DNA from: Oscillospiraceae bacterium
GTDB lineage: Bacteria; Bacillota; Clostridia; UMGS1883; UMGS1540
Direction of reading: 5' to 3'
Length of the DNA: 60,683 nucleotides
Assembly: GCA_015068765.1 (NCBI GenBank)
Contig: SVJY01000006.1
Location: 1 to 60,683 of the forward strand
Numbering within the stretch: position 1 is the stretch's first letter; each line of letters begins with the position of its first letter. Positions 51,801 through 60,683 of this stretch are shown here, in pieces. The position numbers were made by a program, and so were the translations under genes. The notes beneath the pieces were generated by a model that did no database searches, was not told where the DNA came from, and saw nothing but the letters and a program-made list of their open reading frames with translations.

Positions 51801-51920
51801 TGAGGACCAGCCGGTGTCCCAGCCGTCAGCCCAGATATACTCGACGGCTTCCTCTGCCAGAACAGGCAAGGTGGGAAGCATGAGTAGCATTGCCAGAAAA
51901 CATACGAGCAGTTTTTTCAT
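48855..51920 (-). CDS. Secreted CBM-CBM-Ig-TIM barrel-SLH paralog
   Basis: Signal peptide; YWDDV/YFDDM modules; HPMVLGWMVQDEP and DILATDPYP; SLH motifs ITRGDF, ITRQD, TTRAEAA. RBS AAGGAGG. Confidence 0.75.
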   Translation of the reverse strand: MKKLLVCFLAMLLMLPTLPVLAEEAVEYIWADGWDTGWSSYTTEKGIEAAVTDEDANSGTYSMKVWNSLEDNTRIWTRIKGLEPGRTYKASVMVKIAGKNLPDKAGAVLRITGNYKDGAGAAIAYSDRISSTNKRWTKLTATFIYPKDKNRLILCLDTGLVLEGSTVYWDDVVIEGTDLDINGSFEKVTEVKPEVIVIPETSTNLVNNTSFEEHDGVSVSGWTAYQNFSSSNPYVSITSEKVRTGNSAIKIQSSEVGKNPWVSQMMHVKPGVEYVVSVWYYIESLDKELVNSSGAYIKMEPYGDPKNPSKTVLDGATASETIVEPNSPSDGWKKLVTKVAAGIECNGLAIYARLGGAGVVYFDDMEMYQLTAPSKFSLDTDWGVYYPDYKEGVAKVIPTADLTEENTTVSFAFKDGKNVLLKKDNIPVSGKEEVSFVYPTSLFTEMAKTYTVTATLRDASGAVLEERSRNVYMFERSPYIREDGVYLLNKTTPFYPIIAYHSTGEDAAPVLVEGGINTIQLHFGGNVSGLEKQLAICEKYNIYAFVCLYFNGKPAAHPDNIATNTDVIEDFKDHPMVLGWMVQDEPFIHGSYDEVIEQLCNSYAFIRRIDPEKPVYTLDNAASTFYETSKYVDILATDPYPTSKHDPATFIATQTANMREAARGDKMICPIVQTYEGGIFPSQDQLRSSLYQSLFEGAQSFGYFAFGDARIIDGKTIPLNETDLWPAIKEFMAVDLKDDMAFRVFAGKDIPTFNDVRNDTFWYRSWEKDGKLYVVILNRSNEEEREVEIKLESFDGSVSVGAFSGKIVSGGKGSYSGNGILKATLQPCAAQLWEITPSGTVDFSVSVPFTYFDMNGYGWARNAAELMREKGITYDPVRDKFRPGEKITRGDFAMFLVRTLGLSGEATENFADVDPSAHYAKDIAIGRAAGILNGVGDNKYNPEAEITRQDLMTIVARGMELSGDIDLQAFSDSDMVSDYALPHVKAMIKKGLVKGNADGTLNPLGNTTRAEAAVIMQRILK

Positions 51921-51934
51921 GGGGAATCCTCCTT

Positions 51935-54646
51935 TTATTGTGATAGGGTTTCTGCACAGCCGATGGGCGAATAGTTTTTGTCCCAGAGATAGGCGGCCAG
52001 CGTATAGCCGGTGCCGGGAACGGTAATGGAAACCTCGTCTGTTTCTGCTGTACAGGGCGTAAAGGTAAATGCCTCTAGCCTTTTGATTTCGTTTACTGTT
52101 TTATAAAGAGCCAGATAAAGAGTTTTGCCGTTTGAAGGCCTTGTCAGCCGTGCGGTTACCGTGCCTGTTGGTAGGCTGAACACACGCTGCTCGCCCTCAT
52201 AAAATGCCACGGGAGCCGTTGACATTTCAGAAGAAATATCCAGAAGTATCGCACCGCAGGCCGGTAAGGAAACATATAGTGCTTCGTCTGCCGGATAGGC
52301 AGTACCGCTACCGGATACAAGGGAAACGGTATTTGCCCAGACCGGGAGTATATCCGTTACCGCCTCGCTCTTGTTTTTGCTGATGACCGCCAGATAGCTT
52401 CTGTCCCTGTAGGTAATCCGGGTATACCGGCAACGGTCAGTTTCCTCTTCGTAGCCGGAAGAGGCCGAGAAAACAGGGATATCAGTGGCGGAAAGTGTAT
52501 GCAGCGTCTGCCAGAGCTCCGTTTGGTAAAGAGGCTGGGTTGTGCCACTGACGACCCGTGCCGCACCGATGCGGAAATAGCCGACAGCACTTGCCCCGGC
52601 CAGATAAGACTGGTACACCATGGAACGCATCTGATCGTCATTGGGGAAGAGATCATAGTAATCAAACGCCTGCAAAATAGAATATACCGGCTTTTGTCCC
52701 TTTGCCGCATCGCAGGCCGCCCGGATTCTGGAATAGACGTAGCCGGCCGTGTCGTGGGAAGAGCCCGGATAGGGGTCAGTAGCTAAAATATCCACATATT
52801 TTATGCTTTCGGAAAACGTGGTGTCCTGGTTATCCAGGGTATACACAGGATGCTCCGTATCAATGGAGCGAATTAGTTTGTAGGATTCACGGAGTCCCTC
52901 CACCGCCTCATGATAGGGATAGTTGCCGAAGGGCTCATCCATGATCATCCAGCCAAATACGGCAGGATGATTTTTAAACCGGGAGAGTACGTCCACGGTT
53001 TGCTCCAGATTGGCGGGATGGCAGGGCATATTTCCACCGGAATACAGAGCCACAAGCCCCATCAGATTATATTTTTGTGCTTCATTCAGCCGGTTTCGCA
53101 GATCTTCATAATCGGAAAAGATAATCTGCACCACGTTGATACCGGCCTGTGCCATTTTTTCAAAATCAGTATAACCTACCTGATAGCCGATAACCGGATA
53201 AAAGGGCTCGGTTTTATTTTTAAGATACACGCCGTCTTCTTTTCGGATATAGGGGCTCCGCTCATACCGGTAAACCGGCGTCTCGCGTGTGGAGAGAACT
53301 TGCCCATTCTTTTTAAGAGAAGCGGTAAGCGTGTATTCCTTCCGGATTTCCGGCAATACGGAAAGGGGGAAGCTCCATTTCGCCGTATCACCCGAAAATC
53401 CGACATTTTCCCGGATGGCTTTGACCGAAGCCCCGTCCTTCAAAGCAAAATCAACCGTACAGCCGGTGTAATCCTTGCCCACAAGCTTTGTCACGGTCGC
53501 CGTTCCGTCGGCAATATCCTCGTAATAGAAAACGCCGTCGGTGGATAGCTCGAAGGCCGCCTCGCCCTCCTTGTAAAGGGTCACATCGTCATAGTAAATC
53601 AGGCCGCTTCCGGAAAGCCGGGGAAGAATTGCCAGTCTGGTACAATCCCGTACAGTGTAAATCCGCTGGCGGATTTCTACCCATTCACCATTCGTTGAAT
53701 CGTAAACGGCTTCGGAGTTAAAAAAGCCCACAGGGGTCCCCACGCTGTCATAACATTCAAATTTGATGACCGCAGCGTCGGACGCTGATTCCACCCGGAC
53801 ATAGGCGGACAGGATATAATGGGTAAGCGGTTCCACTGTGACAGAACGGCTGGTGAAGGGATTGGAAACGGTATCAGAGGAAGAAATCTGCACGGCATAA
53901 TCTCCCGAACGGGTGACCTCCCGGGTGAGAGAAACGTAAGGGTTATCAGACGTATAACCGCCGCCATAGGCATTCCAACCGTCAGGAGAGATGCCGGTCA
54001 CATCTTCAAAGCCGGGATTTTCCACCAGATTAACCGCATTTTCCGGTATGGCAGGAATTTCGGGAGCCTTTATAAACTGTCTGGTCTCCACGGTTTCAAA
54101 ATCGCCACCTAAGTTTTCGTAGTCACTGAGGGTAATATCGTCCCAATAAACGGCACCACCGGAGGGGATTTTGCCTGCATCCAGCAGGAGTGTGGCGTAC
54201 ACAGTGTCTTCCGGTTGGGTAAAAGAAAGCGAAACCTCTACCCATCGTCCCACGTCGGTTTTGATATTTTGCGACATGGACCAACAGGCACTCTGCCCGC
54301 TTTTATAAGTGGGGGCAACGCGCATCCGTGCCCCCGTATCACTGCTGATTTGGTGTGTAAGATACACAAAGCCTCTTGCGGTATACGTTTTGCCGGGCGT
54401 AAGATTTTCCGCCTCCAGCCAAATGCGGATATTAGAGGCAGTGTTATTGAAAAGCTTCATGGAATAGGTGCCCGAATGAGCTTTTTCATTTGTGGCGACA
54501 GCCTGCGTACCCTTATGGGTTTCATACCCCCAAACCCCGGTCCCCACCTTTTCTGCCCAGAGGTAGGAATCGGTTTCCGCCGCTTCTGCCCCGAAAAGGG
54601 GCAGAAGCAACAGCATGAGTATCAATGCAGTCAGTTTTTTCATCAT
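51935..54646 (-). CDS. Secreted CBM-CBM-Ig-TIM barrel paralog with W-P tail in place of SLH
   Basis: Colinear with 48855..51920 (HPAVFGWMIMDEP, VYTLDN, KYVDILATDPYP) but ends LALY...YTLAAYLWDKNYSPI with no SLH. Confidence 0.75.
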   Translation of the reverse strand: MMKKLTALILMLLLLPLFGAEAAETDSYLWAEKVGTGVWGYETHKGTQAVATNEKAHSGTYSMKLFNNTASNIRIWLEAENLTPGKTYTARGFVYLTHQISSDTGARMRVAPTYKSGQSACWSMSQNIKTDVGRWVEVSLSFTQPEDTVYATLLLDAGKIPSGGAVYWDDITLSDYENLGGDFETVETRQFIKAPEIPAIPENAVNLVENPGFEDVTGISPDGWNAYGGGYTSDNPYVSLTREVTRSGDYAVQISSSDTVSNPFTSRSVTVEPLTHYILSAYVRVESASDAAVIKFECYDSVGTPVGFFNSEAVYDSTNGEWVEIRQRIYTVRDCTRLAILPRLSGSGLIYYDDVTLYKEGEAAFELSTDGVFYYEDIADGTATVTKLVGKDYTGCTVDFALKDGASVKAIRENVGFSGDTAKWSFPLSVLPEIRKEYTLTASLKKNGQVLSTRETPVYRYERSPYIRKEDGVYLKNKTEPFYPVIGYQVGYTDFEKMAQAGINVVQIIFSDYEDLRNRLNEAQKYNLMGLVALYSGGNMPCHPANLEQTVDVLSRFKNHPAVFGWMIMDEPFGNYPYHEAVEGLRESYKLIRSIDTEHPVYTLDNQDTTFSESIKYVDILATDPYPGSSHDTAGYVYSRIRAACDAAKGQKPVYSILQAFDYYDLFPNDDQMRSMVYQSYLAGASAVGYFRIGAARVVSGTTQPLYQTELWQTLHTLSATDIPVFSASSGYEEETDRCRYTRITYRDRSYLAVISKNKSEAVTDILPVWANTVSLVSGSGTAYPADEALYVSLPACGAILLDISSEMSTAPVAFYEGEQRVFSLPTGTVTARLTRPSNGKTLYLALYKTVNEIKRLEAFTFTPCTAETDEVSITVPGTGYTLAAYLWDKNYSPIGCAETLSQ

Positions 54647-54649
54647 AGG

Positions 54650-56254
54650 TTATTCTCCCAGGCTGAGGGTTACCGGATCAACAAGGGAGGTAAACCCTAC
54701 CATGGGGGATTCATACAGGAAGGCTTTCACCTCGGTGTCTTCGCTTGTGAAGGGAACGGATTCGGTAAAGGACGTAAAGTTCTTCGTGCTTACGGAATCA
54801 CTTTCCAAAATGGTCAGGCCGGTAATTCGTTTTATGTCGCCGGTTACCTTATAGGTGGCAAGCACCAGTGTTGCCTTTTGGGCAGAGGCCTTTCCGTTAA
54901 TGTACTCTACGGATGCGGTCACTGCATTTTCGCCCTTGGAAAGGGATACGTTCGTTTCTGTAACGGAAATATCGTCCCAATAGAGGCTGCCCCCTTCGCT
55001 GAGTGCACCGGAGAAGAGCTGTACATAGCCGTAGGTGAATTTTGCGTCCGGCACAGTGAACACAATGGAGATTTCCTTCCAAGTCTCTGTGGAAGGAACA
55101 ACCGTTCCATAGTACCAGTTCTGGTTCATACTGCCGATGTAGGAAGGACCAATGGCGATGCGGCAGGTGCCGTCGGTAGAGCCGTCAATTTTTGCATACG
55201 CAGTCAGCTTATAGGTTTTGCCACCCTCCAGACCGGGAACAAACAGGTGTGCAGATCTGCACGCCTTGTAATACCCTTTGGTGGAAGCGGATTTCATCTG
55301 GAGAGAATAGCTGCCGGTTCTGGCTTCAGCAGTAGAAGCATTCATATCATCTGCCAGACCGCTCTGGGTGTAGAACACGCCAAGCCCCAAACCGGTGGGC
55401 CAGGCAACAGAGCTGGTTTCGTCAATCTTCTGGGTGGAGACGGATTCAAAGCCGCCGTTGAAGGTGTCGGAAAAGTCACCGTTGAAGCTGTTGATCTGGC
55501 GGACCAGTACATCATCATAATAATAGGTTACCAGACAAGAATTTAAGTAGCCGGTTTCAAAAACAAGGTATGCGGTGGTTGGATCATATAGACCATCCTC
55601 GTCCCAGGCGGCAGGCTGCTGCCAGCGGACCATAATCTGGGACCATTTTCCGTATGTGTCAATCAACGGACCGTTACCATCTCCGCCAAGGCCGAGATTG
55701 AATTGGGCGTGCTGGTCGGTAGAAGAAGCAATCCAGCCATTGTTAACAAAGTCGGGGTTATAACCGCCGTTTTCAGAACGGCCGATGCGAACCTCTGCAC
55801 CCTGTACGTTATAGCCACCGTAGTTGGTGGTTTCGGTGGGCGGCACTGCCTTTACCCAGACGGAGGCTTCGTACCAGCTGCCCGGTGTGAGATTGGTCAG
55901 CTTCTGCCAGAGCCGTCTTTTGGAGGCTGCTTCAGAGATCATCTTCATCGCATAGTCGCCACTATGAACGTTGGCAGGCTCGTCGGTGCTGTTGACGAGG
56001 TAAGCATCCACGCCCTTGTCGGTATAGGTGTACAGACCTTGTCCTTTAACATCCCATACTTCCTTTTCATCTGTACCTAAAGAGGGCCAGAGGTAGGTTT
56101 CGTCCCCGGAGAGCGTTCTCGTCTCTGTCGATTCAAAACCGGGATTGAGGGCAAGATTTCCTGTGCCGTTTGCAAATGCAGGCACAGCAAAAAGCATACC
56201 TGCCAAAAGGGCAGTTGCCAGGAACATTGCCATTGTTTTCTTCGTCAGTTTCAT
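54650..56254 (-). CDS. Secreted non-catalytic protein with 2 CBM-like modules and C-terminal tail
   Basis: Signal peptide MKLTKK...PAFA; NLALNPGFE...YYDDV and FNGGFE...YWDDI; ends LATY...EVKAFLYESP. Confidence 0.7.
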   Translation of the reverse strand: MKLTKKTMAMFLATALLAGMLFAVPAFANGTGNLALNPGFESTETRTLSGDETYLWPSLGTDEKEVWDVKGQGLYTYTDKGVDAYLVNSTDEPANVHSGDYAMKMISEAASKRRLWQKLTNLTPGSWYEASVWVKAVPPTETTNYGGYNVQGAEVRIGRSENGGYNPDFVNNGWIASSTDQHAQFNLGLGGDGNGPLIDTYGKWSQIMVRWQQPAAWDEDGLYDPTTAYLVFETGYLNSCLVTYYYDDVLVRQINSFNGDFSDTFNGGFESVSTQKIDETSSVAWPTGLGLGVFYTQSGLADDMNASTAEARTGSYSLQMKSASTKGYYKACRSAHLFVPGLEGGKTYKLTAYAKIDGSTDGTCRIAIGPSYIGSMNQNWYYGTVVPSTETWKEISIVFTVPDAKFTYGYVQLFSGALSEGGSLYWDDISVTETNVSLSKGENAVTASVEYINGKASAQKATLVLATYKVTGDIKRITGLTILESDSVSTKNFTSFTESVPFTSEDTEVKAFLYESPMVGFTSLVDPVTLSLGE

Positions 56255-56336
56255 GTTTATCATCCTTTCAGTTTTTGGTTTTCGTTCCAAACAGAGAGTA
56301 AGGCAGATCCTTCCGTTTGAACTATTGTACAAATTG

Positions 56337-56365
56337 ATTATACTAAAAGTCGCTTTTTTTTGCAA
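56337..56365 (-). promoter_or_regulatory. Sigma-A promoter of the CBM/GH three-gene unit
   Basis: TTGCAA-17 nt-TATAAT. Confidence 0.7.
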
Positions 56366-56436
56366 TAAGGTACAAAGCAAAAAGTGCAATTCGTCAACAG
56401 AAAAGTAAAATACGCAAAGAAAAGCAAAAAAAACGG

Positions 56437-56445
56437 TGCTATAAT
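56437..56445 (+). promoter_or_regulatory. Extended -10 promoter of the aminotransferase operon
   Basis: TGCTATAAT with no recognisable -35. Confidence 0.5.
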
Positions 56446-56499
56446 TAAAAACATAAGGCAAAAGTGCCTTGCGAAAAAATACGAGTAGGAGATATAGTC

Positions 56500-57690
56500 A
56501 TGGAAAAATTAGCAATTCATGGTGGAGAAAAAGCGAAAACCGTTCCCTATGGTAGCGGAAAGCGTTTCGGACAGGAAGAGCTGGTACAGCTGCAGGAAGC
56601 ACTGGAGCAGAACACACTGTTTTATTGGACGGGAAACAAGGTAAAAATGCTGACGAATAAATTTGCAGAGCTGTACGGTGCAAAATACTGCGTGGCGGCG
56701 TCCTCCGGCACGGCTGCTATTCATGTAGCACTGGGTGCCCTCGGCATCGGCGAGGGGGATGAGGTTATCACTTCACCCATTACGGACATGGGCAGTATCA
56801 TCGGTATCCTGTATCAAAAGGCTATCCCGGTGTTTGCGGACCTTGACCCCCATACATATAATATGGATGCAAAAGCCATCGAAGCAAAAATAACAGAGAA
56901 GACCAAGGCCATTGTTGTTGTGCATCTTGCAGGGAATGCGGCAGATATGGATGCGATTATGGAGGTTGCCAACCGACATGGCATTAAGGTTATTGAGGAC
57001 TGTGCCCAGAGCTATCTCTGCTACTATAAGGGCCGTCTTGCCGGTACAATCGGTCATATCGGCTGCTTTAGCCTCAATGACTTCAAGCATATTTCTGCCG
57101 GTGACGGCGGTCTCCTCATTATGAATGATGAAGAAACATATAAGACAGCTTTCCGTTTTGCGGACAAGAATTACAACCGCTTCGGCGGCAAAATGCGTGA
57201 AATCAAAACGCTGGCGCCGAACTATCGCATGAACGAGCTGACGGCGGCAGTCGCCCTTGCCCAGCTGGAGAAATTACCCATGATATGCGGAAACCGAAAC
57301 GCGTTCGGCGATGCACTTACAGAAGGCATTAAGGACTTGCCGGGTATTCATCCCCACAAGGTAATCGAGGGCGGTAAGAGCTCCTATTGGTTCTACCTGA
57401 TGCGTCTGGATGAAGAGGTGCTTGGTGTAGACAGAAAGGAATATGTGGAGGCACTTCTTGCAGAAGGCGTAGCTTGCAGCTTCGGCTATATTCCCGAGCC
57501 TGTATATGACTATGAAATCTTCCGGGACAATCCGAACTGCTATCCCGGTGCTTGCCCGGTGGCGGAAAAGGTGATTGTTGACAGCGTCAAGCTCCCCGTC
57601 AATGAATTCTACACAAAGCAGGATGTGGAAGAAGTCATAAAGGGTATCCGCAAGGTAACGCAATACTTTTTGGACCGCAAAGCAAAATAA
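56500..57690 (+). CDS. DegT/DnrJ/EryC1/StrS family PLP-dependent sugar aminotransferase
   Basis: SSGTAAIH.AL.A.GI..GDEVI, VHLAG, EDCAQ, FSLN.FKH...GDGG and NYRM.E. Confidence 0.92.
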   Translation: MEKLAIHGGEKAKTVPYGSGKRFGQEELVQLQEALEQNTLFYWTGNKVKMLTNKFAELYGAKYCVAASSGTAAIHVALGALGIGEGDEVITSPITDMGSIIGILYQKAIPVFADLDPHTYNMDAKAIEAKITEKTKAIVVVHLAGNAADMDAIMEVANRHGIKVIEDCAQSYLCYYKGRLAGTIGHIGCFSLNDFKHISAGDGGLLIMNDEETYKTAFRFADKNYNRFGGKMREIKTLAPNYRMNELTAAVALAQLEKLPMICGNRNAFGDALTEGIKDLPGIHPHKVIEGGKSSYWFYLMRLDEEVLGVDRKEYVEALLAEGVACSFGYIPEPVYDYEIFRDNPNCYPGACPVAEKVIVDSVKLPVNEFYTKQDVEEVIKGIRKVTQYFLDRKAK

Positions 57691-57701
57691 GGAGACCTAA
57701 A

Positions 57702-58601
57702 ATGTACTTAGACGTTCATGCCCATCTGTATAAATATCCGTACCCGAGACCCTGCTCCACCGCTATGGATGCACGGGGCTATTTCGAGATGTTTTTAAAT
57801 GAGGAACAGCTGATTCGCCGGCATGACGAGCTGGGGATAGACAGAGCAGTGCTTCTGCCCCTTGTCAGTGCCGAGGTGTATGTGCCGCAGTCTGTCGGGG
57901 AGATTATCGACATCTGCAATGCTTCCGGCGGTCGGTTCATCCCCTTTTGTAATCTCGACCCCAGAGTGCTGTATAACACAAGCGATGCACCCATCGGTTT
58001 CCTAATGGAGCATTTTAAAAAGCTGGGATGCCGGGGAATCGGAGAAGTGCTCCCCAACATGGCATTTAATGACCCCAAAATGCAAAACCTGATGAAGTGT
58101 GCCGAAGAGGTGGGCTTCCCGTTCCTCTTTGATTTAACGGCATTTCAGGACTACCAGTTCGGGCTGTATGATGATGCGGGCCTGCCCCAGCTGGCGGCAT
58201 GTCTGGAAAAGTACCCCAATCTGATTTTTGTGGGCCACGGCTCTGCCTTCTGGGCGGAAATGGGCACACTTCGGAAGGAAGAGGATCGGTACGGCTATCC
58301 GGACTACCCCATTGACGAAGAGGGAAGCGTTCCGGCACTGTTACGCCGCTATCCCAATTTGTGGGTGGATTTATCGGCGAAAAGCGGCTATAACGCACTG
58401 AATCGGGACAGAGCCCATGGGGTTAAATTCTTGCAGGAGTTCCAGGATCGGATCATGTTCGGCACGGATTTATGCTATATGGCTGAAGAAAACCATCTCC
58501 CCGCCCTTTTGGAAGGACTCCGGGACAGTGGCGAGATTTCAGAGACGGTATTTGAAAAAATAGCGTTCAAAAATGCAGAGAGACTTCTGGGCCTGGCGTA
58601 A
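57702..58601 (+). CDS. Amidohydrolase-2 family metallo-hydrolase
   Basis: DVHAH, GIGE, FVGH, VDLS, IMFGTD and NAERLL. Confidence 0.85.
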   Translation: MYLDVHAHLYKYPYPRPCSTAMDARGYFEMFLNEEQLIRRHDELGIDRAVLLPLVSAEVYVPQSVGEIIDICNASGGRFIPFCNLDPRVLYNTSDAPIGFLMEHFKKLGCRGIGEVLPNMAFNDPKMQNLMKCAEEVGFPFLFDLTAFQDYQFGLYDDAGLPQLAACLEKYPNLIFVGHGSAFWAEMGTLRKEEDRYGYPDYPIDEEGSVPALLRRYPNLWVDLSAKSGYNALNRDRAHGVKFLQEFQDRIMFGTDLCYMAEENHLPALLEGLRDSGEISETVFEKIAFKNAERLLGLA

Positions 58602-58627
58602 TGCCAAGGCTTTCCGGGAATAAACAG

Positions 58628-58656
58628 TTGACTTTTCTGCCTGTTTTCGCTATAAT
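58628..58656 (+). promoter_or_regulatory. Sigma-A promoter of the AraC gene
   Basis: TTGACT-17 nt-TATAAT. Confidence 0.75.
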
Positions 58657-58727
58657 ATACTGTAGAGAAATTAGGGCGTAAAATTGCCTGTTTTTAAAGG
58701 AGAGAACCCGGTTTTTCGGGAACAGCA

Positions 58728-59651
58728 ATGATGAAAGGAAAACCAGACAGACAAATTGATCCATATAGGGTGTTTACCATTAATGATAATGGAAACGGTC
58801 TGCCGTTTTTTGTGGCTAAGTACGATTTGGCAAAAAAACGGAAGGCTCCCCATGAGCACGATTTCATTCAGATTAACTATGTCTATAGCGGCCGAGCGAT
58901 CCATATTATAAACGGCAAGGAATATGAAATCATCAAGGGCGATATTTTTATCATTCCGCCCAGAGTACCCCATAATATGGTGCTGAAGGACGATGAAAGT
59001 GCTGTTATTTTTGAATTTGAGTTCACGCCGGAATTTATCAACCAGAACTTCCATGATATGAGTGAAGCGGATGTTTTCGTTGATTTTGCCTATATCAAGT
59101 CGTTTCTGGTTTCCCAGGACCTTGTCAAACCCCGTTTTAACCTGGTGGGAAGCGTACAGACGGCGGTGGAAAGTATTCTGCATGATGTGTATACGGAGTA
59201 TACGAAACAGAATACAGGCTTTGAGCTTTTGATTCGTGCACAGCTTTTGCGGCTTTTGGTCATTGTGGGCCGGGAATTTTCCCAGCATCTGAATGCTTCC
59301 AAAACAGAACGCACCTATAAAGCACAGAAGGAATGCATTCTAAATGCAGTTTCGTATATTGAGGATAATTATTTTGAAAACCTGACGGCGGACATCGTAG
59401 CAAAGAAGTTCATGCTGTCCCCCTCGTATTTCAGTTATCTTTTTAAGTATTTTACGTCCAAGACCTTTACGGAATATCTGACGATGATTCGTATCGCCAA
59501 GGCACTGGAGCTGCTGGTCGATACGGATAAGAAAATTATGACCATTTGTTATGAAGTGGGCTTCAACAACGTAAACCACTTCAATCGGATTTTCAAGCGG
59601 GAGATGAGCATGTCTCCGAATGCCTACCGTGCAAAAAAAAGACAGGAATAA
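58728..59651 (+). CDS. AraC family transcriptional regulator (cupin sensor + HTH)
   Basis: PHEHDFIQI.YV.SG cupin; SPSYFS..FK and VGFNN..HF.R.FK...SP..YR. Confidence 0.93.
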   Translation: MMKGKPDRQIDPYRVFTINDNGNGLPFFVAKYDLAKKRKAPHEHDFIQINYVYSGRAIHIINGKEYEIIKGDIFIIPPRVPHNMVLKDDESAVIFEFEFTPEFINQNFHDMSEADVFVDFAYIKSFLVSQDLVKPRFNLVGSVQTAVESILHDVYTEYTKQNTGFELLIRAQLLRLLVIVGREFSQHLNASKTERTYKAQKECILNAVSYIEDNYFENLTADIVAKKFMLSPSYFSYLFKYFTSKTFTEYLTMIRIAKALELLVDTDKKIMTICYEVGFNNVNHFNRIFKREMSMSPNAYRAKKRQE

Positions 59652-59711
59652 ACGGTACGTTTTAGCTCCAAAAATCAATTCTTAAAATATTATATAAAGG
59701 AAGGTATTTTT

Positions 59712-60683
59712 ATGAAGAAGGGACTTACACTTTTGCTTGCATTTGTGATGGTTATCACATTGCAGGCAGGCCCCGTTTCCGCACAGACCTTTGCGGATAC
59801 CACGGGCACAAATTGCGAAACCGAAGTAGATGTTTTATCGGCACTCGGTATCGTGGAAGGCAAGGCGGAAGGGGCATATGAGCCGGACAGCGCTTTGACG
59901 AGAGCAGAAATGGCAACCATACTCCTTCGTGCGATGAACATGGCAGAAAACGCCATGGGACAGGATGTTTTTACCGATGTACCGTCCTCGCACTGGGCGT
60001 ATGCCAATATTGCCGCCGCATACCAGATGGGTATTGTAAACGGCACAAGTGCAACGACCTTTGCACCGGATGCGTCCGTCACCTATGAACAGGCTGTTAA
60101 AATGGTTGTGGCGGCACTGGGGTATACCGTGCAGGCAGAGGCAATGGGCGGTTATCCCTCGGGCTATCTTTCCAAGGCGGCACAGCTGGATGTACTGCGT
60201 GGCGTAGATGTCGGCGGCGAGATGACACGCGGCAATATGGCAATCCTTCTCTATAACGCACTGGACAAGCCGCTTTTTGAAAAGACCAGCTACGGTGAGG
60301 ATAGCTATACATACGATGCAAACGAATCCGCCACCCTTCTCTCCCGTTATTTGAAGGTAGAGAAGATGACCGGCAAGGTAGTCGAGACGCCTATGGCGTG
60401 TGCGGAGCTTGTACCGTCCAAGGTTTTATCGGACGAGGTGCGTGTTTCCGACGGCACAGCTTCGACGGTTATGAAGAAGGGTGACACCGATGCCCAGGCA
60501 CTTTTAGGCGTGCGTGCAGACGTTTTCTACCGCGAGGATGATATCACCGACACCCCCGTCATCGTAGCCATTGTGCCCCGTGCGGCTTCCAAATCCGTGG
60601 AAATTGTTGCAAAGGATGTCGTGGGCGGCAATACCACGGCACAGACGCTTGTGTATATGGAAGACGGCGAAGAGAAAGAAGCC
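59712..60683 (+). CDS. S-layer-type protein with N-terminal SLH domains (3' truncated by the window; absent from the ORF track)
   Basis: MKKGLTLLLAFVM...VSA-QTFADTTG..., LTRAEMATI, FTDVPSSHWA and GIVNGTSATTFAPDASVTY; paralog of 191..2887. Confidence 0.88.
   Translation, partial: MKKGLTLLLAFVMVITLQAGPVSAQTFADTTGTNCETEVDVLSALGIVEGKAEGAYEPDSALTRAEMATILLRAMNMAENAMGQDVFTDVPSSHWAYANIAAAYQMGIVNGTSATTFAPDASVTYEQAVKMVVAALGYTVQAEAMGGYPSGYLSKAAQLDVLRGVDVGGEMTRGNMAILLYNALDKPLFEKTSYGEDSYTYDANESATLLSRYLKVEKMTGKVVETPMACAELVPSKVLSDEVRVSDGTASTVMKKGDTDAQALLGVRADVFYREDDITDTPVIVAIVPRAASKSVEIVAKDVVGGNTTAQTLVYMEDGEEKEA

Noticed and set aside
1-60683. CRISPR array, tRNA/rRNA, transposase, integrase, prophage, dockerin/cohesin
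   Set aside because: No regularly spaced repeats, RNA gene signatures, recombinase motifs or duplicated Ca-binding dockerin motifs were found by eye.

Overview
Chromosomal window from a Clostridia-type Firmicute: standard genetic code, sigma-A promoters, a T-box riboswitch and many SLH proteins. A housekeeping core occupies about 17.5-48.6 kb. It holds the Val T-box > acyl-CoA synthetase > valS > folC operon, cysK-metF, a GH36, a YwlG-like gene, an NlpC/P60 hydrolase, SDR-rarA-topB-SGNH-uvrA, a complete hisZGDCBHAF(IE)-PHP operon, typA and galM. Two accessory cell-surface carbohydrate loci flank it (1-17.4 kb and 48.9-60.7 kb). These loci encode five complete paralogs of a secreted protein with two CBM-like modules, an Ig-like region and a TIM barrel carrying a DEP motif. 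Four paralogs end in SLH anchors and one ends in a different ~90-aa tail (A.Y...K.F.W...P). That tail also occurs on two non-catalytic CBM proteins and on a stand-alone ORF. Each locus also has an N-terminal-SLH S-layer-like paralog. The best candidate for an undescribed system is this swappable-anchor surface glycan-processing apparatus, with no cohesins or dockerins visible. Other notable points are a valine T-box controlling an acyl-CoA ligase, 28-bp inverted repeats directly upstream of the NlpC/P60 gene, circularly permuted CBMs, and a 127-bp identical SLH tract. No rRNA, tRNA, CRISPR array, transposase or integrase was seen. Family assignments come from motif recognition by eye, not from database searches.
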